This document shows positions 35,720-47,883 of a stretch of DNA of 64,000 bases, in pieces. How positions within the stretch are numbered: the stretch's first letter is position 1; each line of letters starts with the position of its first letter. The notes below the pieces were generated by a model. That model was not told where the DNA came from and did not search any database. It saw only the letters and a program-made list of their open reading frames with translations. Origin of the DNA: Fistulifera solaris (Eukaryota); the NCBI GenBank assembly GCA_030295235.1, contig AP026164.1, forward strand, positions 372,001-436,000, read 5' to 3'. The translations under genes and the position numbers were made by a program.

Positions 35720-37441
35720 ATGGATCCGAGTCGTTCGATACCCAACGTGTATAATTTGGGCTTCAAAGCGGGTAGCCTCGTTGCGGAGCTCCTCTACATG
35801 CGACGCCGTCTTACTTTGTCCGAAGTAGCCGATGTCCTTACAAGTTTCCCTGTCTTATACAAAGAATGGTGGCTCAATCTTGTTGCGAATGATCCTATTC
35901 ACGTCTTGGTAGAAACTACGTTGATTATTGCGATTGTCTACTTTCTTGTCAGCCGATCAAAAGACTGGAAAGCTTCGGATGAAAAGGAGAAACTAACAGC
36001 GAAGGAAGAAAACGAGCTTCTTTACGACTGGAAACAAAACATTCGAGCACCTCTGGCTCCGAAAGTCCAGCATCAACCCGAATATGCTGTGATTCACAAG
36101 ACAGACGGAAGAACTATCACGCTGCAAGTCAATGTATCATCGTCCATGTCCGCTTCATCGGTCAGCACCGACTCGACCCCTGTAACAAACAACGTTTCCA
36201 CGGAAGATGCGTTCAAAGGTGGAGCTACACGTGCCAGTGAAAACACTCATCCTGCTCCTGAATTCAAGACGGTACTGAACTTTGGAACGTCAGATTATTT
36301 GGGGCGATCGGCCTCAAACTCATTAATCAAAGAAGCTGCCCTCAAGGCGTTAGATAAGTACGGCTGCGGATCGTGCGGACCTCGTGGCTTCTACGGGACG
36401 GTCGATGTTCATCTGGAGCTGGAGAGTGCAATGGCGAAATTCATCGGGACTGATGATGCTATTCTTTATTCGGATGGCGCCAGCACCGTGAGCTCGACCG
36501 TTGCTGCATTTGCCAAGCGGGGTGATTTGATCGTAGCCGATGAAGGCATTTACGAGCCTCTCATGACGGGTGTTTCGCTTAGTCGAGCAAATGTCAAGTG
36601 GTTCAAACACAATGATATGGCGGACCTACAGAAGGTCCTTGCCCAAGTCCAAGAGTCCGACATAAAATTAGGTCGAAAGCTGAACGATCAACGACGCTTT
36701 CTAGTTGTGGAGGGCTTGTACAAAAACACAGGCAAAGTTGTTCCTTTAGACGACTTGATCAAATTAAAAGAGAAGTACTGTTTTCGGTTGATCCTTGATG
36801 AATCGAACAGTTTTGGTGTTCTTGGCAAAACAGGCCGAGGTGTAACCGAGTTGTTTGGCAAACAGCTCATGAGAGACGTGGAAATCACAACGATTTCGCT
36901 CGAGAATGCCGTTGGAAGCATCGGTGGTGTAACTGTGGGATCGGAAGAGGTTGTGGATCATCAGCGTCTGAGCGGATCTGGCTACTGCTTCAGTGCATCG
37001 TCTCCCCCGTTCACGGCTACAGCGGCTATCAAATCCATTGAATTGTTGGCGGAACAACCCGAAACATTGAAGCAGCTTCGTGAGAATCAACTCTACCTTC
37101 GATCGAAGCTCCTCAATTTGTGTCAGCATAAGTTGGAGGAGGTACTTGTCATCACAAGCGACGAACGCTCTCCGATGGTAATCTTGCAAGTTGCAGACAT
37201 TCCCGAAACTAAGAATCTAGACGAAATAGCCTTCTTGAGCGAAGTTGTCAAAGAGAGTTTGAACAGGGGTGTTGCATTCGTGGCGACTGGTCACCAGAGT
37301 GTTGGTCTCGTAAGAACGGCGCCTCCTCCTGCTATTCGAATATGCGTATCTTGTCTCCACACTAAAGAAGACATCGATCATGCGGTTACAGCACTTGGAG
37401 AGTCGGTTGATTTCGTACTCAACCGCATGCATGACTCTTAA
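35720..37441 (+). CDS. LCB1: Serine palmitoyltransferase subunit 1 (long-chain base biosynthesis 1)
   Basis: N-terminal TM, KYGCGSCGPRGFYGTVDVH, FKHNDM, ILDESNSFG and GYCFSAS. Lacks the PLP lysine (SLENA), as expected for LCB1. Confidence 0.92.
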   Translation: MDPSRSIPNVYNLGFKAGSLVAELLYMRRRLTLSEVADVLTSFPVLYKEWWLNLVANDPIHVLVETTLIIAIVYFLVSRSKDWKASDEKEKLTAKEENELLYDWKQNIRAPLAPKVQHQPEYAVIHKTDGRTITLQVNVSSSMSASSVSTDSTPVTNNVSTEDAFKGGATRASENTHPAPEFKTVLNFGTSDYLGRSASNSLIKEAALKALDKYGCGSCGPRGFYGTVDVHLELESAMAKFIGTDDAILYSDGASTVSSTVAAFAKRGDLIVADEGIYEPLMTGVSLSRANVKWFKHNDMADLQKVLAQVQESDIKLGRKLNDQRRFLVVEGLYKNTGKVVPLDDLIKLKEKYCFRLILDESNSFGVLGKTGRGVTELFGKQLMRDVEITTISLENAVGSIGGVTVGSEEVVDHQRLSGSGYCFSASSPPFTATAAIKSIELLAEQPETLKQLRENQLYLRSKLLNLCQHKLEEVLVITSDERSPMVILQVADIPETKNLDEIAFLSEVVKESLNRGVAFVATGHQSVGLVRTAPPPAIRICVSCLHTKEDIDHAVTALGESVDFVLNRMHDS

Positions 37442-37587
37442 AAAGATAAAATGAGTTGTAATCTACGAAATCCTTCGCGGAAGCAATTGATTCAATAGTA
37501 AAGAGGTCCACGAACTCATTACGGGCCAAGCTCAATTTCATTGCAATATACTCCCTATCTATTTATCGACTTAGAAAAATGAAATCG

Positions 37588-39278
37588 TTATAAATCTTCT
37601 GGTGTAAGGAGGCTTGTCTTCGATTCAACTGTTATGTGCCTTGCTTCCACGGTAGAGTCACGAAGAAGTGTACGCCTCCAACGTTGCTGGTCTGTCGTGC
37701 TCCAAAAGCCTTGCAAATACCCATCTAGAAAAGAACGGACTTGCGTCATAGAAGGCCTTCCCCGTGGATTAGATGCGAGGCAGACTCGCACCAACTCTTG
37801 AAGATCATCTGGCCAGCAGGAACAAATTGGCAGCCAGCAGTCTTTCAAATTTTCCTCCTCAATCTTTGCGCGAGAATGGGTCGCAAGGCCATCACGGGGG
37901 GATGCCAGGGACAACACCTGCCAAAGAACCACCCCGTAGCTGTATACATCGGCTGGAAGGCCATACGTCTTCTTTGCCCGGACTTCGGGTGCCATGAATA
38001 ATTTGGTACCCACCGGTGACATTTCGTATCCACCATCCACCATCTTCTCTGGGAGGAAACGCGACAAGCCAAAGTCATAACACTTCAAAACACCCTTTGC
38101 ACAGAAACCAATGTTGGCCTTTATTTTTGAAGTGAGTGAAAGTACATTGCAAAACTTGCGAATGAGCGACAGAAAGTGAACGTACCGCTTTAATGTCGCG
38201 GTTAATGATGCGTCGATCATGCATGTATTCAATCGCGGAAGCAAGATCGTGTGCTACTTGAATACGTGCACGAAATAGATTATGTATTTTTGTCATCGCT
38301 TTCTGTTTCAGCCATGGAAATGCTAAGCGAGATCTGTATTTGCGAAGAAGACCCCGCCAGTCTTCTATTCTCTCGTCCAAACTCTCCACTAGACGGTCTA
38401 AGATCAAGAAATAGTCCGAGTACACAAGTGATCGAAATGCATCCGCTCCCGCACCATTCCAACCCCTTAATCCTATTATGTTCGGGTGATTCATCGTACA
38501 AAGCAATTGCCCTTCTAATATGAGGTCGATGGCAGCCCTTTCAAACCGATCTTCGTCCTGCGCTAATTCATGTCGCAATCGCTTGACGGCGTACCGATTG
38601 ATTTCATACTCATGCCCATCTACTTTCTTTTTGGTGTGACAATATCGACGATAGGTTTGTACAATATGCTTGGAAAGATATTCTCGCGCTAATTGTTCTG
38701 GTTGCGTCATGCCCTGTGAAAATGATTCATGCAAGGAAAAAGAGCTCACTTCATAGACACTTGAGAAACCCCCGACACCAATTAAACGGCCAACCTGGTA
38801 TTCCGAGGTCGCGATTGGCTGTGAAGATCATCATGTAAGACACATACATCGAAGAAAACATCAACACGGAAGAGATACTTACTGCCACCACTTTCTCACT
38901 TTGTGACTCGCTGGGTTTTAATAATTTGTTCATTTGTAAATGTTTTTGAAAGGATTTGATGTTTCGCCGCGCCGCTTCAGCGGTTCTATTCGCCAGTTTC
39001 TGATCGATCTTAAAGTCTTCTGGGGGTTGTGATGTGCGGCTTACAACCTCAAATAACCCGAAATCAAGCTCGAGACAATCGCGACTATTCAACGCATGCA
39101 TGGATACGAGTCCTGGCTTTCTGTGAAAAGGAAGTTTCGCACATATTTTGCATCTTCTGTCGGTGACTAGAAATGTATTCGAGCTTGCTAAATCGTTTAG
39201 AGGTTTGCTGCCGACTTTCTGGCTTAAATTGTCGTCTCTAACCATCGAGATATGGTTGCTTTTACTGGCTGGCATCAT
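37588..39278 (-). CDS. Protein kinase (diatom-expanded TKL-like family)
   Basis: IGVGGFSSVY, YAVKRL, HPNII, INRDIKA|ANIGF, DFGL, GTKLFMAPE and ADVYSYGVVLW. Introns about 38819-38882 and 38119-38185. Confidence 0.88.
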
Positions 39279-40328
39279 TGCCCTATCACTTTAGTTATTG
39301 ATTTGAATCTCCCCTCTAACATGCGCTCTATGGTAGATTATGATCGGTTGTTTGACTTTCGATAAGAAGAGAGACGGACGACATAGTCTGCTTAGAAGAA
39401 AAGCCGGGCCGCAAAAACAGCAAAACAGGCACGGCGTGGGGCGTGGGCAAACAGAGGCACGCACAAGGCACAAGCACAAGGGCTCAGGGTTCTGCAGTTC
39501 GGACGTTCGACCAACAAAAAACAAAAAAAAGTAATCCAGTCGACGAGTGATACGAAATATAACAGTCTACAGTAAAAACGATAATCTGTCATTACGAGAA
39601 CATTTCTTATAATCCTGTATGGTGGACAAATTATACTCCATAATAGATAATACCCAGGGTAACCAGAAACAGTTAAAGAAACTGTAAACAACCCCTCATA
39701 GTTCAAAAACAGATTTTTTTTACAGAGAGTACAATATTTTGGATTGATGCGTGGTCTCATATACTGAATATCAATCTACCAAAAGACAGCTGTTTTTAAG
39801 TTCAATCTTGATGTTAATTCACGTACACATACTTCAGACTTGAGAGTTATAATCTACGAGTAAAAGACTGCACAGCCGTAGCTAATTATTGGCGTAAGGG
39901 CCTCTTATTTTTGATGTCAGAATTACAGTATACAATGTGGAAATTATTTCTAGTCTCTGTGCAGGATTTGAGATCGGCGACTGGCCGTCGTTGTTGTTCT
40001 TTAAAATTTGCGACGACGACTCACTCGCGACTAGCTGTTCGAGTGATGTGAACTAAAAAAGGAGTAAAGTAGTAATAAACTGGTCTACTTTGCAGTCTAA
40101 AGCCCCACCTTGTAGACGAGGAGAGGCCTTGTTTCTACTTGATGAAGCTGAAATGCTTTTCCAATCACTCTCAGCGGCTGTTACCTTCGTGAAAGGTTTG
40201 GTCCTGATCAAGAGCCCATTCAAATCTGTTTACTTTCATCTCTGTTTACTGTCCAAATAGCATAACCCCGGACTTTGACCTTTAATTAGCAGCCAAGTAC
40301 TTTGCGCCACGACGACTCAGCTAAGGTA

Positions 40329-41585
40329 TCACATTCTTGTCTGAAAGTATTGAATAAGGATGGGGGCAACTAACTTCCGACTGGCCTTTGCATTGCCTTG
40401 ATATAGCACAATCACTGGCTGACCACAACTATCCAACAGCTGTTCTCGGCAGGACAGTTGCAAAGACCCTTCTGTTTCGAGCCATGCGTACACGTTTGAT
40501 GAATCCTTCCCACACAGTAAAAGCTCTCGCGTAAGGGGCGTAGCGGAATTTTTAGCATATGCGAACATGATGACAAAGCACCTAATTTGCGTGCGCTCCA
40601 TGAAGGCTTCAATGCTGCCGATCGCATGTTCCTTGTCCAAGAAATTCTGTGCGGATATAAGAACCGAAGAAATGCCGAATGCTTCAACACCCGCTTGGAA
40701 TAATTTGAAATCTAGGCGCAAAGCATCTTCCACCGACAAAGAATTCCAAAACAATGGATCGAACTTTGCGTTCTGTAACGCATTAAAAAGATGAGATGTA
40801 CTCGGTTGTGCGGGGCTATCTATGCAAATGCTAGCATCCAGATTCAGCTCCTGCCAGTTTGTCGCCTTTAGAAGTTTTTCTACTGCTGCTTCGTCTCTTG
40901 GTGTGACTTTGCCGGCATTAGGTGACATATTGACGGAATCGATCAGAATGACTCCAAGTAGTAACAACGATAAATCGGCTGGCCATTTCGTCCTCTCCAT
41001 TCTTTCTACCATGAGCGTGCAAGTGCTCGCGACAGTCGGTTCGCCCTTATCACTAAAGGCTATGTTTCGTATTGTTGCGCTGTCTTTGTGATGACCTTCG
41101 TCCATGTGATGATCGTAAATCGTTTTCACAACATGGCTACCTTGCTCTAGTACAGGTGCATCTAAACGATTGTGATCAACGAGCGTCACGGATACCGGTT
41201 CAGCTGCTAGAAAATCAAGCTGATCCGCAAACCATAGATCCGAGATTTCCAGACCAGCCATTTTGAAAAGTAGCATGGTCTCCGGACGTTGTGTTCGGAG
41301 ATCCTTTTGACGGATCGATACAACAGGAGTAGCATCGTCAAGATATGCGGCGGCTAGCGCCGAAACGATACTGTCAGCATCCCCAGCTTTATTGCCGATG
41401 ACCAAGTGATTTGTCGGCCTGTCACGGCGCTTTTTTAGAAAGGCACTCAAGCTTTCGTCAGAGGTCATCATGACAGCCAACGGACGACTAAAGAATCGAT
41501 GCGTCGTTTTCGGCACACACCAAGCTGAAGCAGAGCGTTGGACGAGTGATATTATCAGATGCAGAATTGTAAAGATATTTTTCAT
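40329..41585 (-). CDS. DHH-family exopolyphosphatase (Prune/PPX1-like)
   Basis: GNKAGDADSIVSA, LVDHN, IYDHH, ASTCTL, GVILIDSVN, LRLDFK and ASRKLVAP; N-terminal signal ending ASA-W. Confidence 0.88.
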   Translation of the reverse strand: MKNIFTILHLIISLVQRSASAWCVPKTTHRFFSRPLAVMMTSDESLSAFLKKRRDRPTNHLVIGNKAGDADSIVSALAAAYLDDATPVVSIRQKDLRTQRPETMLLFKMAGLEISDLWFADQLDFLAAEPVSVTLVDHNRLDAPVLEQGSHVVKTIYDHHMDEGHHKDSATIRNIAFSDKGEPTVASTCTLMVERMERTKWPADLSLLLLGVILIDSVNMSPNAGKVTPRDEAAVEKLLKATNWQELNLDASICIDSPAQPSTSHLFNALQNAKFDPLFWNSLSVEDALRLDFKLFQAGVEAFGISSVLISAQNFLDKEHAIGSIEAFMERTQIRCFVIMFAYAKNSATPLTRELLLCGKDSSNVYAWLETEGSLQLSCREQLLDSCGQPVIVLYQGNAKASRKLVAPILIQYFQTRM

Positions 41586-42302
41586 GCAAATTACATCGAG
41601 CTTGCTTGTTATCACAAGAAATACTTCAAATGGAAGATCGGTGTGAAACATTAGTTATCGTTATTCATTATTTGCCACTAATACTTGTACCAGTATCGGT
41701 ACCAGTACCGGGTACCGGTAAGCAGCACCACGTTTCATGACCACAATGAAAAGATATCCTACTTTGTACGTGTACCTGGAAATATAATTTTATTCCCTAA
41801 TTTCCCATAGTCAAAGTGCAATTTTGGCATTCGGACTGATTTTTCCATTGCCATTTTCATTCTCTCACAAATGTATTCGTGGTTGTATTGATACTTGGTA
41901 TAACAATGGGGGTGTAGTGTTGTGAAATCCTAGAATTCGCAGCTTTTTCCGCCTTAAATAAAGGATCAATTCTTGTAATTCGAAAGGTGATAAAGGATAA
42001 CTTCAACGTAGTGAATAAAATTGAGCTTAAGTGCAAAATGCAGTCGTGTGTACTAATGTTTCCGAATACTTTGGAGCGTGAAATGAAATTGCTGTTAAAG
42101 ATAATTGCACCTGGAGCAAGGGCATGCTAGTCTGCTAAGTGTACAGGCGAAAGATTATCGGTAAGTCGGACTCTATCGAGTTACGGGCGCGTACGCCGTG
42201 CCTACGTTTCGTCTCGAATATAAACAAGATATTTTATCTATTGAAAGCGCGCCGTGCATTTTTACTGCACCTATATTCTTTCTAAAATTTGCGCTGACTG
42301 CT

Positions 42303-43127
42303 CTACGTTCGTCTGGTCACGCGCAACCATGTTCTCGGCTGCGAGGACGCTACCCCACCAAAATGGCCATTTGTCGAACCAGTTAAGCCGGTCATATTGA
42401 ATGTCGAAGACTTCTTTTTTGTAATGCTATCAACAGCAAAGCTGGCGTACTCAAGATCTTCTCCATCACCGACAACTGCTTTCTGAAAAACAATCGCAGA
42501 TACTCCTAGAGATTTCAGCTCGCGAGCTAATTTGATTTCGTTGTTATTCTCCTGCATACTTTGTAAGCTCGCAAGCACAACAGCAGAGTCAGGAATAGCT
42601 TCAATAAGCGTTTGCACAGAAGATAACTCATTATCGACATCGACCCAAAAGGCTCCGTGGTCCGAAACTCGGTGAAGCTCCTCCAACGATTTGACTCGAT
42701 AAATGACGTCTGCCCCAGGCTCGCAATCACCAGGCGATACAACCACCGAATCGACTCCTGCAGCTCGTGCCTCTTGAAAATCACTACCAGTGTACAAAAC
42801 TGGACAAGGCCCCGGAAAGTTTCCTTTCGCGGTAGCTTGTTCGTTCACGCACAATTTGGCAACATCGATGTCCGATGTAACGAGCGCATTTGCTTTCAGC
42901 TTTCTCAATTGCATCGATCGGGATTCGTCGACACTGAGCACCTCCAAGACGACGGCCAAGGTTTTGCTCGGTTTCTTGAGTGCACTTGCTACATGGTCAT
43001 TCAAACGGACTTGTTCAGAGACCTCTGCAATCCGCAGGGCATATCTTGAACGAGCAGCTCCATGAATCACGAAGCCCAGAACCGTTGGCGTCAGGAGCAA
43101 CAATGTTGCTGATTGAATGAGACGCAT
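42303..43127 (-). CDS. Plastid-targeted TIM-barrel protein, degenerate indole-3-glycerol-phosphate synthase-like
   Basis: Signal peptide VLG-F, then SALKKPSKTLAVVLE, SMQLRK, EQATAKGNFPGPCPVL and EARAAGVDSVV, recalling an IGPS fold without its canonical catalytic motifs. Confidence 0.55.
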   Translation of the reverse strand: MRLIQSATLLLLTPTVLGFVIHGAARSRYALRIAEVSEQVRLNDHVASALKKPSKTLAVVLEVLSVDESRSMQLRKLKANALVTSDIDVAKLCVNEQATAKGNFPGPCPVLYTGSDFQEARAAGVDSVVVSPGDCEPGADVIYRVKSLEELHRVSDHGAFWVDVDNELSSVQTLIEAIPDSAVVLASLQSMQENNNEIKLARELKSLGVSAIVFQKAVVGDGEDLEYASFAVDSITKKKSSTFNMTGLTGSTNGHFGGVASSQPRTWLRVTRRT

Positions 43128-43614
43128 GTGAGGTGTGCTTTATCAATGGTAATCGATTAAAGAGTTAGCTGTTATGATGAATGATGATGTGAGAGTGACG
43201 AATGTCCAAGTCGAAACGTGTGCAAAAAATACCAGAACCTCGGATGGAGGGGGAGAAAATCTTGCGTAGCAAGCTTTACCTCTAATACTATAGAGTTTTA
43301 AGTAGCTTTAGTACCTATCCGATACAACATTCTGTACGTCTGTCCCACTTTCTTTTCTGCGCGCAAAAGAAAAACAGCAACGCGCCGCACACCATCATTT
43401 TATCAATAATAATCCCCCACTTTTTTTTTTCTACAAATCAATTATTCGTCAAGGTGAGCGACAAATAATAACAGCATCGCGAAGATCGAAGATATAAGCC
43501 AGCATTACCTGCCATTGTACTCGCGGTTACTCAGGCCCGTCCCTGCGTTCTTTTGCATTTCGTTTTGCTTACTCAACTAGAGTGACATTGTAACCGCGGT
43601 TCATCGAAACTATC

Positions 43615-44354
43615 ATGCGTTCCTGCTTGACAATTTTGATCTTGAAGTTCTTCTTGGTGAAGACTTCTTTCTCTTTCACCGTCGCTCCTACTTCTCAACG
43701 ACAACTATCTCGAATATCGACGTCTCAATTGCATGTGGCTCTTCCTCCGAACGAATTCTCTCGTACCGTCGATTTGGAGAGAATACTAAAGAAAGCGACT
43801 CGACAACGTGGTTATCAAACCGAAATTGTTGCTACGGAGCAAGAATGCGATGCTTTAGCCAAGCGATTCGCGCTACCGTCTCTCGCTTCGCTGCAAGCCG
43901 ATCTATCGGTGAATTGGGAAATGGCGCAAGAGGGTGTCCAAGTTGAAGGCACGATGAAAGCAACACTGACCCGCAAATGCGTCCGAACGAACGATGATTT
44001 CACCGAAGACATTGAGCTTCCCCTTTTGCCATTGTCCGACCCGTTGTCCCCCTCTCGTTGCTGGCTTTACAACAGCAACAACTAGAAGACCAGTTTGGTG
44101 GTAAACAGAGCAATAACAAGAAGAAACAAAGTAGAGCACAAAATTTTGATGCTATGGATGTAGCAGAGTTGCAGCGGTTGCTGCAAATTGATATTCAAGA
44201 TGAGGAAGATGTCTTGATGGAAGACGAAGCCATCTATGCCACAGATGGACCCCTCGATCTGGGAGAACTAGTTGCTCAGTTGTTCTGGTTGGGTCTTGAT
44301 CCTTATCCCAAGAAACCTGGGACCGATCCGATTCAGATAAGTATCACCGGATAA
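43615..44354 (+). CDS. DUF177/YceD-family plastid protein (frameshift near 44020-44040)
   Basis: SFS-F presequence, ATEQECDALAKRF, ATLTRKCVRT and LDLGELVAQLFWLGLDPYPKKPG. Confidence 0.85.
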
Positions 44355-44789
44355 TACTAAAATTGGACAGCACCAGTTGTTCTGTGTTTATCACTTCACT
44401 TGCGGATACTTTATTTTAAAAATGGCGCAATGAATTTGGCCTGTTGGGTTCCCCGCGACGGAAATTTTATTTGGTTCGTTCCGAAATTGCCTACAAAACA
44501 AATGCGAAAGCAATAACGCTAGACTTGTCTGGAGTCGGTCGTAACCAATCATCCTAGTGCTCGGTATCATGTTTAGCCCAAGTGTTGCCCATTCGTCCGC
44601 TGGCAGATTCAAAGTGGGCTGCAGAATGCACTCTTTTACCGTGTGCTCGATACCAGGTACCAGTACCGGTACTTATATTTTGTCTGAATCAGATGACAGC
44701 CCCCTTGCTCACCACCCCAGTGACCTGACAATCTTAGCTAGACAGCGTCGAGCGATAGATCGTCATCGGGTTCTGTCATAGGGATAGCT

Positions 44790-44815
44790 CATGACTGCGT
44801 TTCAGTCACGAGAAT
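44790..44815. promoter_or_regulatory. Candidate palindromic cis-element (copy 2)
   Basis: CATGACTGCGTTTCAGTCACGAGAAT about 165 bp upstream of the ATG at 44981, with the same arm spacing as copy 1. Confidence 0.4.
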
Positions 44816-44980
44816 TGTTCTTGGCAAAATCGACACGCGATTGATAAAACTACAAAAAAAAAAGAATATGCGAGAAAGATCTCCTCAACATCCCACTTAA
44901 TAGTTTAAAGACTATAAAAAGCATCACCGATCAGCAATCTCCAACACATTTATTATCTTGGAGCAAGTAGAAACTAGCAA

Positions 44981-45734
44981 ATGGACACCCCACGCCTAAA
45001 AGTTACACCACAGCGAATTGCAGCCGCGCTATTGTTTGTGAACGTTGCATCCGCGTTTCAACAATCTTGGGTGCCAACAAGACTTCTTCAGCGCCTCCCC
45101 TAATCGTGCGTTTCGATGGCTTGAATCGCCATCCGATCGATGTAAACATCCCTGTTCTGAGGAAGCGACAAGTGATGATCTCATGATGGATCGTCGAGAA
45201 GCTGGTTATGCATTGTTAGGACAATTGTGGGCGGCTGGGGTTCTGCCGTCGGCTATAATTTTCCCGGAGGCCGCCTTTGCTGGCGCAGAAGCCAACATAC
45301 AGTTACCCAATCCTCTGGAAGCGATTACGGATCGCAGCACAAAGAAATGTATGGTAGAAAGTTTAGGAAATCGAGAGTGTCTGGTCTATGAAGATCCAGA
45401 CAACAAATTGTATCAAGGTACCGATGATCAAGTTTGGCTCGATCGCATTGAAAAAGCGTCATCCTCCTTTGCTGATATTCCTGAACTAGTCGAGGCTAAA
45501 AAGTGGAGTCAAGTAACAGGGATCTTAACGGGGCCTTGTGGCGATCTTATCCGTACTCTGGGGCAGTTAGCAGAGAGTTCGGACAATTCCGATGTTGCGA
45601 AACTAAATGTGAAAAAGCTGAAATCCAACCTTTACGCAATACAGGCGGCCGTCGACCGAAAACAAGGTGACCTGGTGATGAAATATCACAAAGCGGCAAC
45701 GGATGACCTAGTGGCGTTTGTTCAGTCGTTGTGA
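44981..45734 (+). CDS. Thylakoid-lumen protein, PsbQ-like helical bundle (frameshift near 45100)
   Basis: ATG at 44981 gives a signal ending VASA-F. MDRRE...PEAAFA is a Tat-type lumenal signal, followed by a helical domain ELVEAKKWSQVTGILTGP...DDLVAF. Confidence 0.65.
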
Positions 45735-45839
45735 TCGACTCGTCTCAAGCGCTAGACTTTTTTAGAGCACTATGAACGGTTTACGACGTTTACACAGTTC
45801 TTTCGACTGAACAGATCTAGTTATCTTTATTAATGTGCC

Positions 45840-47118
45840 TTATAACAGAAGAAGGATTCCGTAAGAAAGCCAAATGATGGCTACCGGTGAATAAGCATAG
45901 CTGCCAGATATCTGTATTCCTGCCAGAAAGAATGTCGGTGCCATTGTTTGAGCCCCATCTTGTTGCGAAGTCTTTGGATCAGTCGGTGGTGCATTTACTG
46001 GCTGTTCTTTGGGTGGCTCCCCCGACGTGGTAGATGTTTGTTTTGGAACACGCGAAATAGACGGAAAGAGTGTCGGCTCGTGTGTCAATACAGGAGTGTT
46101 TGTTGGTGCCACAGTTGGAGGGGTTGTTATTTTTGTCGGGGTAACAGTCGGAAAAGGCGTAGGAAGAGGGGTAGGCGATAACGTATTCTCGCCCCAGCAA
46201 GATGCCGGCGGGGAAGCTGAATTCAGGCAAATGAAATTTTCTATCCAATCCTTGTAATAACTCACTCGAGTGTAGGCTGCTGGTGTATTAGGGCGGGCAC
46301 ATCCAGCACCAAAGGAAGTAATACCATACACCGTATCATAGCTGCCTGCAGGGAGAAGCGGACCGCCAGAATCCCCATCACTAGCAATCGAAATTGTCAG
46401 GAAAACGTCAAACAAAGTCGAAAAAGTCACCTAAAGAACGCACTCACCATGAATCTCTCCCTCCCTCTGGGATACCTGCACAAATATGTGATTCCAAATT
46501 CACCACATTACCTAATCGTTCTTTACAGTCTTCTGTGTTCATCACAAGCAAATCAACTCTTTGCAGTGAAGAGGATATATTCCCATTTTCTTGTGTCACC
46601 CCGAAGCCCATCGTGGTCACCATTTCGTTATCGTAAGGAGAATTTGGATCATAATTTAGCGAGATGAAAGGATTCACACTTGGCTGTTGCAGCTTGACCA
46701 ACATTATGTCATTGCTCTCCGGGCCCGGAACATAATCCTCGTGGGCGTTAAGAAAATCAATCAATATTCTTTCAGCTCCATCTCGGCCAAACACATCGGA
46801 TGATCCGATAATTACATCAACTTGGTAGGCTCGTTTACAGTGCGCAGCAGTGAGAACAATCTGAAGCAAAGCGATCACAGGTGAGATTGAAAAAGAGTCT
46901 CTAAACCGAGATGATACTTGATAACGTACATCCGGCCATATCAAAGTACCACCGCAAAGTTTATTTGAGGTCCCAGCCACAAAGAAAGGGAATTCTCCTG
47001 GCTGGGCTGTTATTCCACCGATTATACGTGGCTCGACTTCAAGATCACCCTCAATCCTCCTTATAAATCCCAAAATAATGAGGATCAAATAGCGAACCAT
47101 CATCATTTTCATTTTCAT
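45840..47118 (-). CDS. Trypsin-like serine protease with Pro/Thr stalk and C-terminal hydrophobic (GPI/TM) anchor
   Basis: RIIGG, LTAAHC, NDIML, GRDS(C)..GDSGGP and AYTRVS; PT-rich stalk and hydrophobic tail. Introns about 46861-46929 and 46382-46447. Confidence 0.9.
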
Positions 47119-47883
47119 GCCAGCGTCTTTTCGCTTTGGAATTATTTTCCGCTCCTTTTGGCCTCTCTCTTGGCGTTGACCCTAGTTCGTTTGCTTTGAA
47201 TTTGTTGGCCGAAAGTGAAATGCCAAAGAAGGCATTGTGAGGAGACGAGGCACACCGAAGAAAAAGCAGACACGATCGAAATTTTGTTGCTCCGATCTCT
47301 CATCGGGGAATTTGTCGTTGACGTACTACGTAATAGTTGTGTACTAAGGGTGAACTTTACCTGCTACTCCGGTAATGACCTTCCCAACTTCCGCGAACGC
47401 GGCGCGGCGAGCTAGCTTACGGTGAGTCACGATTAATCCGTGAACAAAATTAAGCCAAAGAAGCTAATCTCGGTCTTTCTCCCCCATAAGTCTCATTTGT
47501 TGAGATACAATTGCTCAAATCTCACAGCTGGACTAGTGTATCTCAACCAAATCAGTGTTTATTGTATACTCTAAGTGTAGGCGACCTTTCTCCACGACTG
47601 CATTCAGTCATGAATCATCATTCTTCCGAGCCAGACTGCATACCGTTTCTCCTATTTTGTTGAGCTACATTTGCTTGTATCTCCTTCAAGCCATTGGTAG
47701 CATTATCGGCAATGAACGCGTCGTTCCTTCATGTTAAAAAGTTATTGATATCTGTAATTTCGGTATTTACCATCACCGAAAGGGTTTTCTCAACTTTACC
47801 AATACTATACATCTCAGTCATGAATTATCAAATTTTCCCAAACCAGGATGAGACTACTAATATTTTCTAGACCCTTGATTATT

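Noticed and set aside
41700..42300. AT-rich intergenic stretch as a centromere or TE remnant
   Set aside because: Short, only moderately AT-rich, and without terminal repeats or coding remnants that I could identify.
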